Assembly: GCA_902634075.1 (NCBI GenBank)
Contig: CACPJA010000001.1
Location: 25,629 to 89,628, forward strand
Reading direction: 5' to 3'
Length of the DNA stretch: 64,000 nt
DNA from: an uncultured Gammaproteobacteria bacterium
GTDB lineage: Bacteria > Pseudomonadota > Gammaproteobacteria > Steroidobacterales > UBA11654
Translations under genes and position numbers: made by a program
Notes under the pieces: generated by a model
Told to the model about the DNA's origin: nothing
What the model saw: the letters and a program-made list of their open reading frames with translations, nothing else
The model's database searches: none
In this document: positions 1 through 8,735 of the stretch, piece after piece
Layout: each line of letters starts with the position of its first letter
Numbering within the stretch: position 1 is the stretch's first letter

Positions 1-375
1 CTTTTTTTCTGCTGCTATCGCTAAAGTTCCTATGATGTCGTCAGCTTCGACTCCTGCTTGAGCTATAAGAGGAAGCCCAAGATCCTTAATTGCCTTATGG
101 AGAGGCTCTATTTGGCTTATTAGATCCTCAGGTGTAGTTTGTCGATTTGCCTTGTACTCAGGAAAGAGTTGATGTCTGAATGTTTTCTCTGGTCTATCAA
201 AAATCACAGCTAAATAATCAGGCTGCTCTTCTTTAATGAGCTTCTGAAGCATTGTAAGAACACCATATATAGCGCCTGTTGGTTGTCCGCTTGGTGAGGT
301 TAGGTCTGGTAAAGCATGATAGGCTCGATATAGATAGGATGAGCCATCGACCAGTAATAATTTTTCTTCACTCAT
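1..375 (-). CDS. polA: DNA polymerase I, N-terminal 5'-3' exonuclease domain (partial, runs off window)
   Basis: Manual translation [38 protein letters not shown]...YKANR...[12 protein letters not shown]. Confidence 0.93.
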   Translation of the reverse strand, partial: MSEEKLLLVDGSSYLYRAYHALPDLTSPSGQPTGAIYGVLTMLQKLIKEEQPDYLAVIFDRPEKTFRHQLFPEYKANRQTTPEDLISQIEPLHKAIKDLGLPLIAQAGVEADDIIGTLAIAAEKK

Positions 376-523
376 TTATCTCAAATTCTAGGTTTTTCAT
401 TGGCCCCTCATATCTAGCATCAGTTTCAATCGGCAAATAAAGTTCGCCTGTTTGGCCGCAAGCCTGAATAGAGATTATTAGAACTAGCAGTAGTATCTGT
501 AAAAAAAAATTCTTCCTTTGCAT
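368..523 (-). CDS. lptM: Small lipoprotein, LptM/YifL (LppL) family, 51 aa; not in the ORF track
   Basis: Manual translation [51 protein letters not shown]; lipobox IQAC then GQTGELYLP, matching the CGxKGxLYLP family signature; stop overlaps the polA start. Confidence 0.8.
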   Translation of the reverse strand: MQRKNFFLQILLLVLIISIQACGQTGELYLPIETDARYEGPMKNLEFEINE

Positions 524-579
524 ATTTATCAATCATACAGTCTAATTGAATTGATAGAAAGACATCTTAAAAGGAATAA

Positions 580-2040
580 ATGCAAGCGTTTAATTGGAAA
601 GAATACGAAGAAATTTTAGGCTCTAGAGGCATCATTGGACTTGATCTGGAGACTACAGGAATTAATAGAAATATAGAATACGAGCGCCCCACTTCAGCCG
701 CTATTTTGGAAGCAAATAACGATTTAAACAATCCAGAAATTATCATCAATGATAAATGCCGATTGCCTTATCATGTCTTACCGGATGCAGGCGCATTAAA
801 TATTACTAATATTAACCCCATGCAACTACTGGAGGAGCCATTATCTCTCTTCGAATTAACCAATAAGATAGCGTCTTACTTAAAAGAGTATCCCGAGAAA
901 ATTATCGCCACATACAATGGGGCCTCGTATGATCTTATCATTCTTAGGCATTCTTTTTTTTCCTCTTTAATTAATCCTTATTTGTTATCAAACGCTTCAG
1001 ATGACCGAATCCATATTGACCTTTATAACGTCGCTCAGGCTATTTATTGTTTTGAGCCAACTTCGATTGCCTTTCATAAAGATGTCACTGGTAAACTGAT
1101 TCTAAAACAAGAATTACTTGCTATCGCTAATGGAATAGATCCAGGAGATGCGCATGCTGCCTTAGATGATGTAAAAGTTCTGTTAAAACTGGCAAAACTC
1201 TTTGAAAAGAATACCCCAAGAATTTTTTTCTCCGCTATTGCATCAGGAAATAAAAAAAGAGCAATAAATCTAATGACAAAACAATTGTTTTTTAATTACG
1301 GCGAAGTTAAATATAAAGAAAGATTAGCCGTTAAAAGAACGCCGACATTTATTTGTGAAGACCCCAGCTACTCAAATAATCTTGTTCACTTCGACCTCGC
1401 ATATGATCCTATTGATTATGTCTTTATGACCGCAGAGGAAATTGCTCCTAAAATTAATCGAAAAGGCTCGCCCTTTTTCACCATAAAGTCAAATGGAAGC
1501 CCTGTTATTTTGCCTGGTGAGTTGTCTGAAAAGAATGGTTTGTCTATAGACGAAGCCTCAAGAAGAGCTGAAACTGTTCAAGACAACCAGGGCTTTAAAG
1601 AAAACGTTCTTATGGCTTGTGATATTAATAGTCGTAAGCGGCCTGAATGGCAAAATCCTGATTTTCCTGAATCTCAAATATATAGTCATTTTATTGATAA
1701 TAATGATCGGTTACTGAGCGACACTTTTTTGCAAACCAATAATACAGAAAAAAGGATAGAGATCATGCAACAAATCAATGATCCAAGATTAATTGATTTT
1801 GCAAAGAGAATTCTTGCGTCTGAGCACCCTAATTGTGAGCCAAAAATTATAATGAACTTTCAAGAATTTGAAGCTGAAAGACTTTTAACTGAAGATGAGG
1901 TACCTTGGAGGACATTATCAGATGCGCGGAGATCTTTAGAAGGATTGGAATCCAAGGGAAAGAAGGTCAAACTTAACCCTGACATTCTCTCTGCCACAAA
2001 GAATTATTATAATCTAGTAGAAGAAGAGATAAGGAAGTAA
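580..2040 (+). CDS. sbcB: Exonuclease I-like DEDDh 3'-5' exonuclease
   Basis: DLETTG (ExoI), YNGASYD (ExoII), HAALDDV (ExoIII) motifs; 486 aa; C-terminal ESQIY, DPRL and PWRTL segments typical of SbcB. Confidence 0.75.
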   Translation: MQAFNWKEYEEILGSRGIIGLDLETTGINRNIEYERPTSAAILEANNDLNNPEIIINDKCRLPYHVLPDAGALNITNINPMQLLEEPLSLFELTNKIASYLKEYPEKIIATYNGASYDLIILRHSFFSSLINPYLLSNASDDRIHIDLYNVAQAIYCFEPTSIAFHKDVTGKLILKQELLAIANGIDPGDAHAALDDVKVLLKLAKLFEKNTPRIFFSAIASGNKKRAINLMTKQLFFNYGEVKYKERLAVKRTPTFICEDPSYSNNLVHFDLAYDPIDYVFMTAEEIAPKINRKGSPFFTIKSNGSPVILPGELSEKNGLSIDEASRRAETVQDNQGFKENVLMACDINSRKRPEWQNPDFPESQIYSHFIDNNDRLLSDTFLQTNNTEKRIEIMQQINDPRLIDFAKRILASEHPNCEPKIIMNFQEFEAERLLTEDEVPWRTLSDARRSLEGLESKGKKVKLNPDILSATKNYYNLVEEEIRK

Positions 2041-2042
2041 GC

Positions 2043-3272
2043 ATGGATTTTAATCATACTCAAAAAGTTGTTGATCTAATGGATAGACTAAATGCATTTA
2101 TGGATGAGCACATCTATCCTAATGAAGAAGCCTATAGGGAGCATTTTAAAACTACTGATAACTTATGGAAATCACCGCCTTTGATGGATGAGCTCAAAGA
2201 AAAGGCAAAAAATGCTGGGTTATGGAACTTATTTCTTCCAGAGTCAGCGCATGGTGCTGGGCTAACAAACTTAGAATATGCGCCACTAGCAGAGATAATG
2301 GGTCGAGTCTTTTTTGCTTCTGAAGTCTTTAACTGCAATGCGCCTGACACAGGCAATATGGAAGTTATTGATCGCTATGGTTCAGAGGCTCAAAAAGAAC
2401 AATGGCTCAAACCACTTCTCAATGGTGAAATTCGTTCGTGCTTTTCAATGACTGAGCCCAGAGTTGCTTCTTCAGATGCTACTAATATTGAATCTCCTAT
2501 TGTTTTAGATGGCGACGAGTACGTTATTAATGGCAGGAAATGGTGGAGTTCTGGGGCTATGAATGAAGCGTGCAAGATTATTATCTTTATGGGTAAAACA
2601 GATCCAGAAAACCCTAACCGTCACAAGCAGCAATCAATGATTCTTGTTCCCATGGATACAAAAGGCATCGAAATAATAAGACCATTGTCTGTCTTTGGTT
2701 ATATCGACCAGCCCTTTGGTCATGCTGAAATAAACTTCGATAATGTAAGAGTACCAAAGGACAATATTATATTAGGAGAAGGCAGAGGATTCGAAATAGC
2801 ACAAGGTCGGCTTGGACCGGGTAGAATCCATCATTGCATGAGATTAATTGGGATGGCAAAACGTGCGTTAGAAATGATGTGTGCGAGAGCAGAAAATCGA
2901 ATAGCATTTGGGAGGCCATTAAGCAAACAGGGCTCTGTTAGAGAAAGTATAGCTCTTTCAGCAAGTGAAATAGAGCAGGCGAGATTACTAACCCTTATGA
3001 CTGCTGATAAAATGGACAGGCATGGCAATAAAGAAGCAAGTGACTTAATCAGCATGATCAAGGTGGTTGGTCCTAGGATGGCTTGCGAAGTCATAGATAG
3101 AGCTATTCAAATACATGGTGCTGGAGGTGTTTCTGGAGATTATTTTCTTGCTGAAGCTTACGCTGGAGCAAGAACTCTTAGATTAGCCGATGGGCCTGAT
3201 GAGGTACACTTAGCCTCTCTAGCTAAAAAGATTCTAAAACAAAAAGAAATGATTGATGCAGGCAGAGTGTAA
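2043..3272 (+). CDS. Acyl-CoA dehydrogenase (ACAD10/11, LvaC-like subfamily)
   Basis: [59 protein letters not shown]. Confidence 0.93.
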   Translation: MDFNHTQKVVDLMDRLNAFMDEHIYPNEEAYREHFKTTDNLWKSPPLMDELKEKAKNAGLWNLFLPESAHGAGLTNLEYAPLAEIMGRVFFASEVFNCNAPDTGNMEVIDRYGSEAQKEQWLKPLLNGEIRSCFSMTEPRVASSDATNIESPIVLDGDEYVINGRKWWSSGAMNEACKIIIFMGKTDPENPNRHKQQSMILVPMDTKGIEIIRPLSVFGYIDQPFGHAEINFDNVRVPKDNIILGEGRGFEIAQGRLGPGRIHHCMRLIGMAKRALEMMCARAENRIAFGRPLSKQGSVRESIALSASEIEQARLLTLMTADKMDRHGNKEASDLISMIKVVGPRMACEVIDRAIQIHGAGGVSGDYFLAEAYAGARTLRLADGPDEVHLASLAKKILKQKEMIDAGRV

Positions 3273-3280
3273 GTGACTGA

Positions 3281-4315
3281 ATGAATGATGGTGTTCACAC
3301 TCTTGATGTTGAAAAACTCTCTGATTACTTAACTCATCAATTAGATGAATTTACCGGGATTAAAAAATCCAAAAAATTTAATACTGGGCAATCAAACCCA
3401 ACTTACTTGCTTGAAACCGCTGAAAAGAAATACGTTTTAAGAAAAAAACCGCCGGGTGAGTTGCTCCCATCTGCTCATGCAGTCGATAGAGAATACCGAA
3501 TAATTAAGGCGCTTGAAGAAACAAAAGTACCAGTTCCTAAGACGGTCTTCTTGTGCAATGACGAAAGAATAATCGGTACAATTTTCTATGTGATGGAATT
3601 TGTCGATGGAAGAATATTTTGGGACCCAACTCTTCCAGAAATAGATGAAAATAAGCGAATGAATGTTTATGAAGAAACTGTCAGTATTATGGCAGAACTG
3701 CATAAGATTGATGTAGAAAAATCTGGCTTATTAGACTTCGGGAAACCAGGAAATTATTTTGAGCGGCAAGTGGGACGATGGATAAAGCAATACAGAGCTG
3801 CGGAGACGCAAAGCTATCCTGAGATTGAAACGTTGATAGCTTGGTTAGAAAAAACAATGCCTGATGACGATGGTCTAATCTCAATTGTTCATGGTGATTA
3901 TAGACTCTACAACATGATATTTGACCATCGAGAGGAAAGAATGCTTGCTCTTCTCGATTGGGAGCTCTCCACAATCGGGCATCCTTATGCTGACCTTGCA
4001 TATCAGTGCATGAATTGGCACATACCTCAAATTGGCATCACTCCAGGACTAGCAGGAATTAATCTTGAGAAGCTCGGAATCCCTTCGGAGGACGATTATG
4101 TTTCAAATTATTGCTCAAAAATGGGGATAAATAGCATACCAAATTGGTCTTTCTATTTAGCCTTTGGCTTTTTTAGATTAGCTGGCATTGCTCAAGGAGT
4201 TTATAAACGATCGATTCAAGGCAATGCTTCGGCTGATAATGCAAAAGAATTGGGTGCCGCAGTACCCATATTGGGGGAAATTGCCCTTTCTATTGTTGGA
4301 CGAGATAGTGCATAA
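3281..4315 (+). CDS. APH/choline-kinase-fold phosphotransferase (ACAD10/11 kinase domain, LvaA-like)
   Basis: GQSNPTY, YVLRKKPPG, SAHAVDREY, HGDYRLYN, LDWELSTIGHP. Confidence 0.9.
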   Translation: MNDGVHTLDVEKLSDYLTHQLDEFTGIKKSKKFNTGQSNPTYLLETAEKKYVLRKKPPGELLPSAHAVDREYRIIKALEETKVPVPKTVFLCNDERIIGTIFYVMEFVDGRIFWDPTLPEIDENKRMNVYEETVSIMAELHKIDVEKSGLLDFGKPGNYFERQVGRWIKQYRAAETQSYPEIETLIAWLEKTMPDDDGLISIVHGDYRLYNMIFDHREERMLALLDWELSTIGHPYADLAYQCMNWHIPQIGITPGLAGINLEKLGIPSEDDYVSNYCSKMGINSIPNWSFYLAFGFFRLAGIAQGVYKRSIQGNASADNAKELGAAVPILGEIALSIVGRDSA

Positions 4316-5204
4316 AATCCAATTTAATTCTTTTTCTCTCCTTCTTTGTGTTGGTCTAGGGTTAAGTTTCAATCTTGTCTATGCAAAAAGCGCCTCTTTT
4401 GAAGAGGTGAATAGTCAGGTTGTTATATTTAAAAATTTACAACAACAAGGTCTGATTATAATTGGCGAAAAGAGCTCGGTGGTAATTGACCCTATTAACC
4501 AAGACACTGCTCAAGAAATTAAATCTTATCTCTCATCAAACAAGAAACCCAAAATTACAGATATTGTTTATTCACATTCACATTGGGACAGAATAACTGG
4601 TGGCAAAATCTTTGATGCAAGCAACCCAAATATTATTGCTCAAAAAAATTGTGGTCTTTATTTCTCTGGAATTAAAAATAAAAAAGTTGTTGATCCAACC
4701 GTTTATTTTGATCAAATCTATGAAATAAATATCGGAACAGAAATTATAAATCTACATTATTTTGGTCCCAGCCACGGAGAGTGCATGCTTGTCGCTGAAT
4801 TAGAAGAATCAAAGCTTTTATTCATACCAGATTTAATTAGCACAAGAGGGCCAAGTTTTCCAGCAGACCCGACATTGCCTTTTTTAAGACCAGCAACACT
4901 TAATGCTTTCTTTGATTCCCTTCTAGGGCTTATAAACCAAAAAGAGATTGATTACTTTATTAGTGGTTATGCAACAGATAAAGCATTGGGTCCAACAGAA
5001 ATTGTCAGCCAACAAAAGATTTTCTGGGAGCTTATTGAAGATATGGCATTAAACGCTGAAGAAGAAGGTTTGGTCGATCTGAATAATTTTATAGCTATAG
5101 AAAAAATGGACCTTGAGGGTATTAAGCAATATGAAAATTATAATGAGAATGATCTTGTGAATATTCTGAGAAGATATACATCATTTCTAAACATGGGTCG
5201 TTGA
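4308..5204 (+). CDS. Exported MBL-fold protein with degenerate metal site
   Basis: YSHSHWDR, YFGPSH, FIPD; start moved to GTG 4308, which gives a signal-peptide-like N-terminus and an 8-nt overlap with the upstream stop. Confidence 0.75.
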   Translation: MHKIQFNSFSLLLCVGLGLSFNLVYAKSASFEEVNSQVVIFKNLQQQGLIIIGEKSSVVIDPINQDTAQEIKSYLSSNKKPKITDIVYSHSHWDRITGGKIFDASNPNIIAQKNCGLYFSGIKNKKVVDPTVYFDQIYEINIGTEIINLHYFGPSHGECMLVAELEESKLLFIPDLISTRGPSFPADPTLPFLRPATLNAFFDSLLGLINQKEIDYFISGYATDKALGPTEIVSQQKIFWELIEDMALNAEEEGLVDLNNFIAIEKMDLEGIKQYENYNENDLVNILRRYTSFLNMGR

Positions 5205-5210
5205 TGAATT

Positions 5211-6167
5211 GTGATTAAAAAAATATTGGTTTTAGTTTTCATCTCACTGCAAGTCGCTTGCAGTGCTAGCCACGATCTGATTCAAGTTGCAGAATCTGAC
5301 AGACCACTTTTTGGAAAAATTAAATTCTGGGAAATCGAGCAACTTTCAGATCAACTCTATGCCTTCAGATACACCTTTTATCGAAATATTATCCTCATAG
5401 GGAGCGATGGCATTATTGTAACGGATCCGTTAACGCCAGAAGCTGCTGCTATTCTGAATGATGAACTTAAGAAAATAAGTGATAAGCCAATAAAGTACGT
5501 GGCATACAGCCACTCTCATTGGGATCATGTGTCTGGAGGGCAAGTCTTTAAAGACCAAGGTGCATCATTTGTAGCGCATGAACAATGTTTACAAAACTGG
5601 CTCGAAAATCCATCCAAGAATGTGGTTAAGCCGGATCAAGTTTTTGCCAATGAATACAGGATTGATGTGGGTGATAGCGCTTTAGAAATGTATTACTTTG
5701 GACCATCACACGACAACTGTCGTGTGGTTTTCTTAACTCAGCCTGATCGCTATATCTTTATAGCTGACGATGCTAATCCTCCCAATGGTATGAATATGAT
5801 CTACGGCGCAGGTCTCGCTGATACCTATTTATTCAATCTTGTCTCATTTTTCAAAGAAGCTGAATCCTTGGCAAGAAAAAAACGTGCTCGGGGAGTAATA
5901 GGATCCCATATGAGCTTTGAGAAAGAACCAATGAACTTAGTAGCAGGAACAGTGGGTTCAACCAGAGTTATCAAACAACAAAGAAAGTTTTATGAGCTAG
6001 TGATCAAAGAAGTCCAAAGAGCAATGGATCAGGGCGTTTCGCCTGATTTAATTCCTGAACATTTAATCAAAAAAGGGGTACTTAGGGATAAAATTATTGG
6101 TTTTGATGAGCAAAAAATGAAGGTACTCTATAGAAGAATAACCAATTATCTTGTCACTGGAGAGTAA
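5211..6167 (+). CDS. MBL-fold metallo-hydrolase, probable lipoprotein
   Basis: YSHSHWDH (HxHxDH), YFGPSH, FIAD, IGSH; N-terminal LQVAC lipobox-like motif. Confidence 0.82.
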   Translation: MIKKILVLVFISLQVACSASHDLIQVAESDRPLFGKIKFWEIEQLSDQLYAFRYTFYRNIILIGSDGIIVTDPLTPEAAAILNDELKKISDKPIKYVAYSHSHWDHVSGGQVFKDQGASFVAHEQCLQNWLENPSKNVVKPDQVFANEYRIDVGDSALEMYYFGPSHDNCRVVFLTQPDRYIFIADDANPPNGMNMIYGAGLADTYLFNLVSFFKEAESLARKKRARGVIGSHMSFEKEPMNLVAGTVGSTRVIKQQRKFYELVIKEVQRAMDQGVSPDLIPEHLIKKGVLRDKIIGFDEQKMKVLYRRITNYLVTGE

Positions 6168-6169
6168 AG

Positions 6170-7396
6170 ATGGCTAATGAAGCCTTTACATTAGATCGGG
6201 CAAAAAAAATAAAAAAAGTCTTGGGGAAAATCTCCTCTCTTAATGCTTTGATCTATAGATTATCTAAGGGTCGAATTTGGGGTAACTGGGCAGGCAAGCA
6301 TGCCATTATGATTCTAACCACAGTCGGTCGAAAGACTGAAAAGACACGACATATCCCTTTAATTAAAGTCACTCACAATGATAAGCCTCTACTGGTTGCT
6401 TCTATGGGTGGCATGCCCATGCATCCAACCTGGTATTATAATGTGCTCTCAAATCCTAGAGTTGCTGTCCAAATAGGCTCAGAAAAAAAATACTACCTAG
6501 CAAAAAAACTATCAGATGATGAGAAAAAAGAGCTTTGGCCAACGGTCATCTCCTTCTATCCAGATTATGATGCTTATCAGAAAAGGACGCAGAGAAATAT
6601 TGGGGTATTCATCTGCGAAGAAAAAAAAATGACTCAAGAATGGAAAGATTGGCTGTCTCATAATATAGAAAGAGGATGTGATAAAAATGAACTTTACTCT
6701 ATTTTGTTCAATGATGGTTTTCACCCTGAGTTAATTGCATCTGAAATGGGTGTTCCTATGAAGTCTCTTTCTCTGACTGCCACTGTCAAAGTCTCTGATA
6801 AAGAGCAAACCATTCAAAAAATGGTTACAGCATTCAAGAATGCTCATAAAACTATTCCTATTTATACAAAGGACGGCTTCTATAAAGACAAGCTAGACCA
6901 TAATCTTCATAAAAAAGTTTTGGACTTTCATAATGCCAATAGTGGTTCACTACAGGTTGAGAATGTTGCTGGGGGGTATATTAAAACAGAGGGTAAAGGT
7001 TCGGCCAGCCATACCATTGAACTACCTAATGATTTAAGAGATGAAATTCATCAATCACTGCTTAATAAAGCTGAAAAATGGTCAGGAATTAAACTGCTCC
7101 CAACCTATGTATATGGAGTAAGAATATATAATAGGGGCGCAATTCTCAGTGTCCATAGAGACAGAGAAGAAACTCATATTATTGGTGTTATTATTAACAT
7201 TGATCAAGATGTTGAAACCGATTGGCCACTTGAAATTGAGGACCACAGCAAGAAGAAACATCAGGTAATTCTAGAGCCTGGAGAAATCATTTTTTACGAG
7301 AGCGCTAATTTAGATCATGGGCGGCCTAACCCACTTGAAGGTAATAAGTTTATTAATGTATTCTGTCATTATATGCCTTACATCGAAGGCGCTTGA
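6170..7396 (+). CDS. Fusion of a DDN-family (deazaflavin/F420-dependent nitroreductase-like) domain and a 2OG-Fe(II) oxygenase-like domain
   Basis: aa 1-153: LTTVGRKT, LVASMGG, HPTWYYN, YPDYDAYQKRTQRNI; C-terminal YGVRIY..HRD..WPLEI..HGRP (HxD...H triad). Confidence 0.8.
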   Translation: MANEAFTLDRAKKIKKVLGKISSLNALIYRLSKGRIWGNWAGKHAIMILTTVGRKTEKTRHIPLIKVTHNDKPLLVASMGGMPMHPTWYYNVLSNPRVAVQIGSEKKYYLAKKLSDDEKKELWPTVISFYPDYDAYQKRTQRNIGVFICEEKKMTQEWKDWLSHNIERGCDKNELYSILFNDGFHPELIASEMGVPMKSLSLTATVKVSDKEQTIQKMVTAFKNAHKTIPIYTKDGFYKDKLDHNLHKKVLDFHNANSGSLQVENVAGGYIKTEGKGSASHTIELPNDLRDEIHQSLLNKAEKWSGIKLLPTYVYGVRIYNRGAILSVHRDREETHIIGVIINIDQDVETDWPLEIEDHSKKKHQVILEPGEIIFYESANLDHGRPNPLEGNKFINVFCHYMPYIEGA

Positions 7397-7411
7397 TAGG
7401 TTAATGAATAA

Positions 7412-8167
7412 ATGAGTAAAAACGATTGTGTGATAATAAGCGGAGGCTTTGATCCTATTCATATTGGTCATCTCAGAATGATCCAGGAGTCCTCAAAACT
7501 CGCCTCTAGACTCATAGTTATTGTCAACAGTGATAAATTCTTGATAAAAAAAAAGGGTTACGCTTTTATGCCAATACAAGAGAGAATTGAAATTATTATG
7601 GGTTTCTCAGAAGTCTACAGGGCTGTTGAATCTATAGATGATGACCTAACTGTTTGTAAAACTTTGGAGCGTCTCGCTGCCGAAGAAAATATAACGTGTT
7701 TTGCTAACGGGGGTGACAGAAAGAATGAAGCTGACATTCCTGAAACTAAAATTTGTAAAAAATACAATATTGATATGGAATTCAATGTTGGCGGAGGCAA
7801 GATTCAATCGAGCTCAAGTTTAGTCTCAGGTGAGATTGATAAACCTTGGGGATCATACAAAATTTTTGAGAAAGGAGAAGGTTATCTTTTAAAAAGAATT
7901 ACCGTACTACCCGATGAAACTCTCTCTCTTCAAGCGCATAAGCATAGAGCTGAGCATTGGTATGTAGTTGAGGGTGAAGCCACTATTGAATGTGATGGAG
8001 AAACTAAAACAGTTGAACAATATGAATCATTTTTTATTCCCTTAGGGTCTAAGCATAGACTCAGCAACTTAAGCAGCAATATCCTCAAAGTAGTCGAAGT
8101 CCAGATAGGAGATACTCTAAGTGAAGAAGATATTATTCGTTATGAAGATCGATATCAGCGAGACTAG
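7412..8167 (+). CDS. Cytidylyl/adenylyltransferase (HIGH) fused to mannose-6-phosphate-isomerase-type cupin
   Basis: SGGFDPIHIGH, FANGGDR, GGGKIQSSS; then KPWGSY, LSLQAHKHRAEHWYVV, HRL, EDIIRYEDRY. Confidence 0.85.
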   Translation: MSKNDCVIISGGFDPIHIGHLRMIQESSKLASRLIVIVNSDKFLIKKKGYAFMPIQERIEIIMGFSEVYRAVESIDDDLTVCKTLERLAAEENITCFANGGDRKNEADIPETKICKKYNIDMEFNVGGGKIQSSSSLVSGEIDKPWGSYKIFEKGEGYLLKRITVLPDETLSLQAHKHRAEHWYVVEGEATIECDGETKTVEQYESFFIPLGSKHRLSNLSSNILKVVEVQIGDTLSEEDIIRYEDRYQRD

Positions 8168-8575
8168 CTAGTTATCTGACATGCTTAAAGCTGCCTTAAG
8201 ATTTTTTAAGAAGTAATTCACAGCTTCTTTAACTGAGCTGAAAGCCTTGGTAATTACCTCTTGGTCAGATGGGGTTTCACAGCCTTCTTGCAAATTGAAG
8301 CTATCGTTTTTCCAAGCTGAAACAATAATGGGTTGATCATTAATTACTTCACCTGAGATTGGGTTAGTTCTCACTTGCGCTCTGATAGAAATCAAATGAT
8401 CGAATGCTTTAGCTAAAGCTGCTTCAGGCTTTTTAATAATGGGATTTTCCTCAAATGAGATATTAACATCGCTATTTGATAGTATCTTGCTACTTCTAAG
8501 TTGAAGATCTATCTGTGCAAAAAGATCGCATTTTTCGTTTGCGACGACAGCAGCCGCATCTATAGCTTTATTCAT
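8168..8575 (-). CDS. Hypothetical protein
   Basis: 135-aa ORF filling the gap; start overlaps the upstream small ORF stop (TAATG); no motif recognised. Confidence 0.65.
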   Translation of the reverse strand: MNKAIDAAAVVANEKCDLFAQIDLQLRSSKILSNSDVNISFEENPIIKKPEAALAKAFDHLISIRAQVRTNPISGEVINDQPIIVSAWKNDSFNLQEGCETPSDQEVITKAFSSVKEAVNYFLKNLKAALSMSDN

Positions 8576-8733
8576 TATTTTTTAGAAAAAAGCGTGGTGT
8601 TTTGATCGAAACTATTATGTCCTAAGACAGCAGCTTTCTTTTGGTCTTCGTAATAAATTGATATAAGCGTTAAAAAAATACAAAACAAGATGATATACAA
8701 AGGTATGGGGTTAGTTTTATTTTTCATAGTCAT
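8575..8733 (-). CDS. Small single-pass membrane protein, 52 aa; not in the ORF track
   Basis: MTMKNKTNPIPLYIILFCIFLTLISIYYEDQKKAAVLGHNSFDQNTTLFSKK*; starts 2 nt after the lipid kinase stop; TAATG overlap with the next gene. Confidence 0.6.
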   Translation of the reverse strand: MTMKNKTNPIPLYIILFCIFLTLISIYYEDQKKAAVLGHNSFDQNTTLFSKK

Positions 8734-8735
8734 GC

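Noticed and set aside
580-2040. DEDDh nuclease as an anti-phage defence effector
   Set aside because: Length and C-terminal motifs fit exonuclease I; no defence-type partner genes nearby
4188-4307. Long 5' extensions in the ORF track (also at 13984, 25142, 29076, 34808, 46152, 53095)
   Set aside because: They overlap neighbouring genes or lack support; downstream starts fit family N-termini, RBS positions or signal peptides better
3281-4315. Aminoglycoside resistance kinase
   Set aside because: Motifs and linkage to the acyl-CoA dehydrogenase place it in the ACAD10/11 kinase group
4308-6167. True metallo-beta-lactamase resistance genes
   Set aside because: Only the generic fold motifs are visible; Asp rather than Cys at the bridging position and no mobile context
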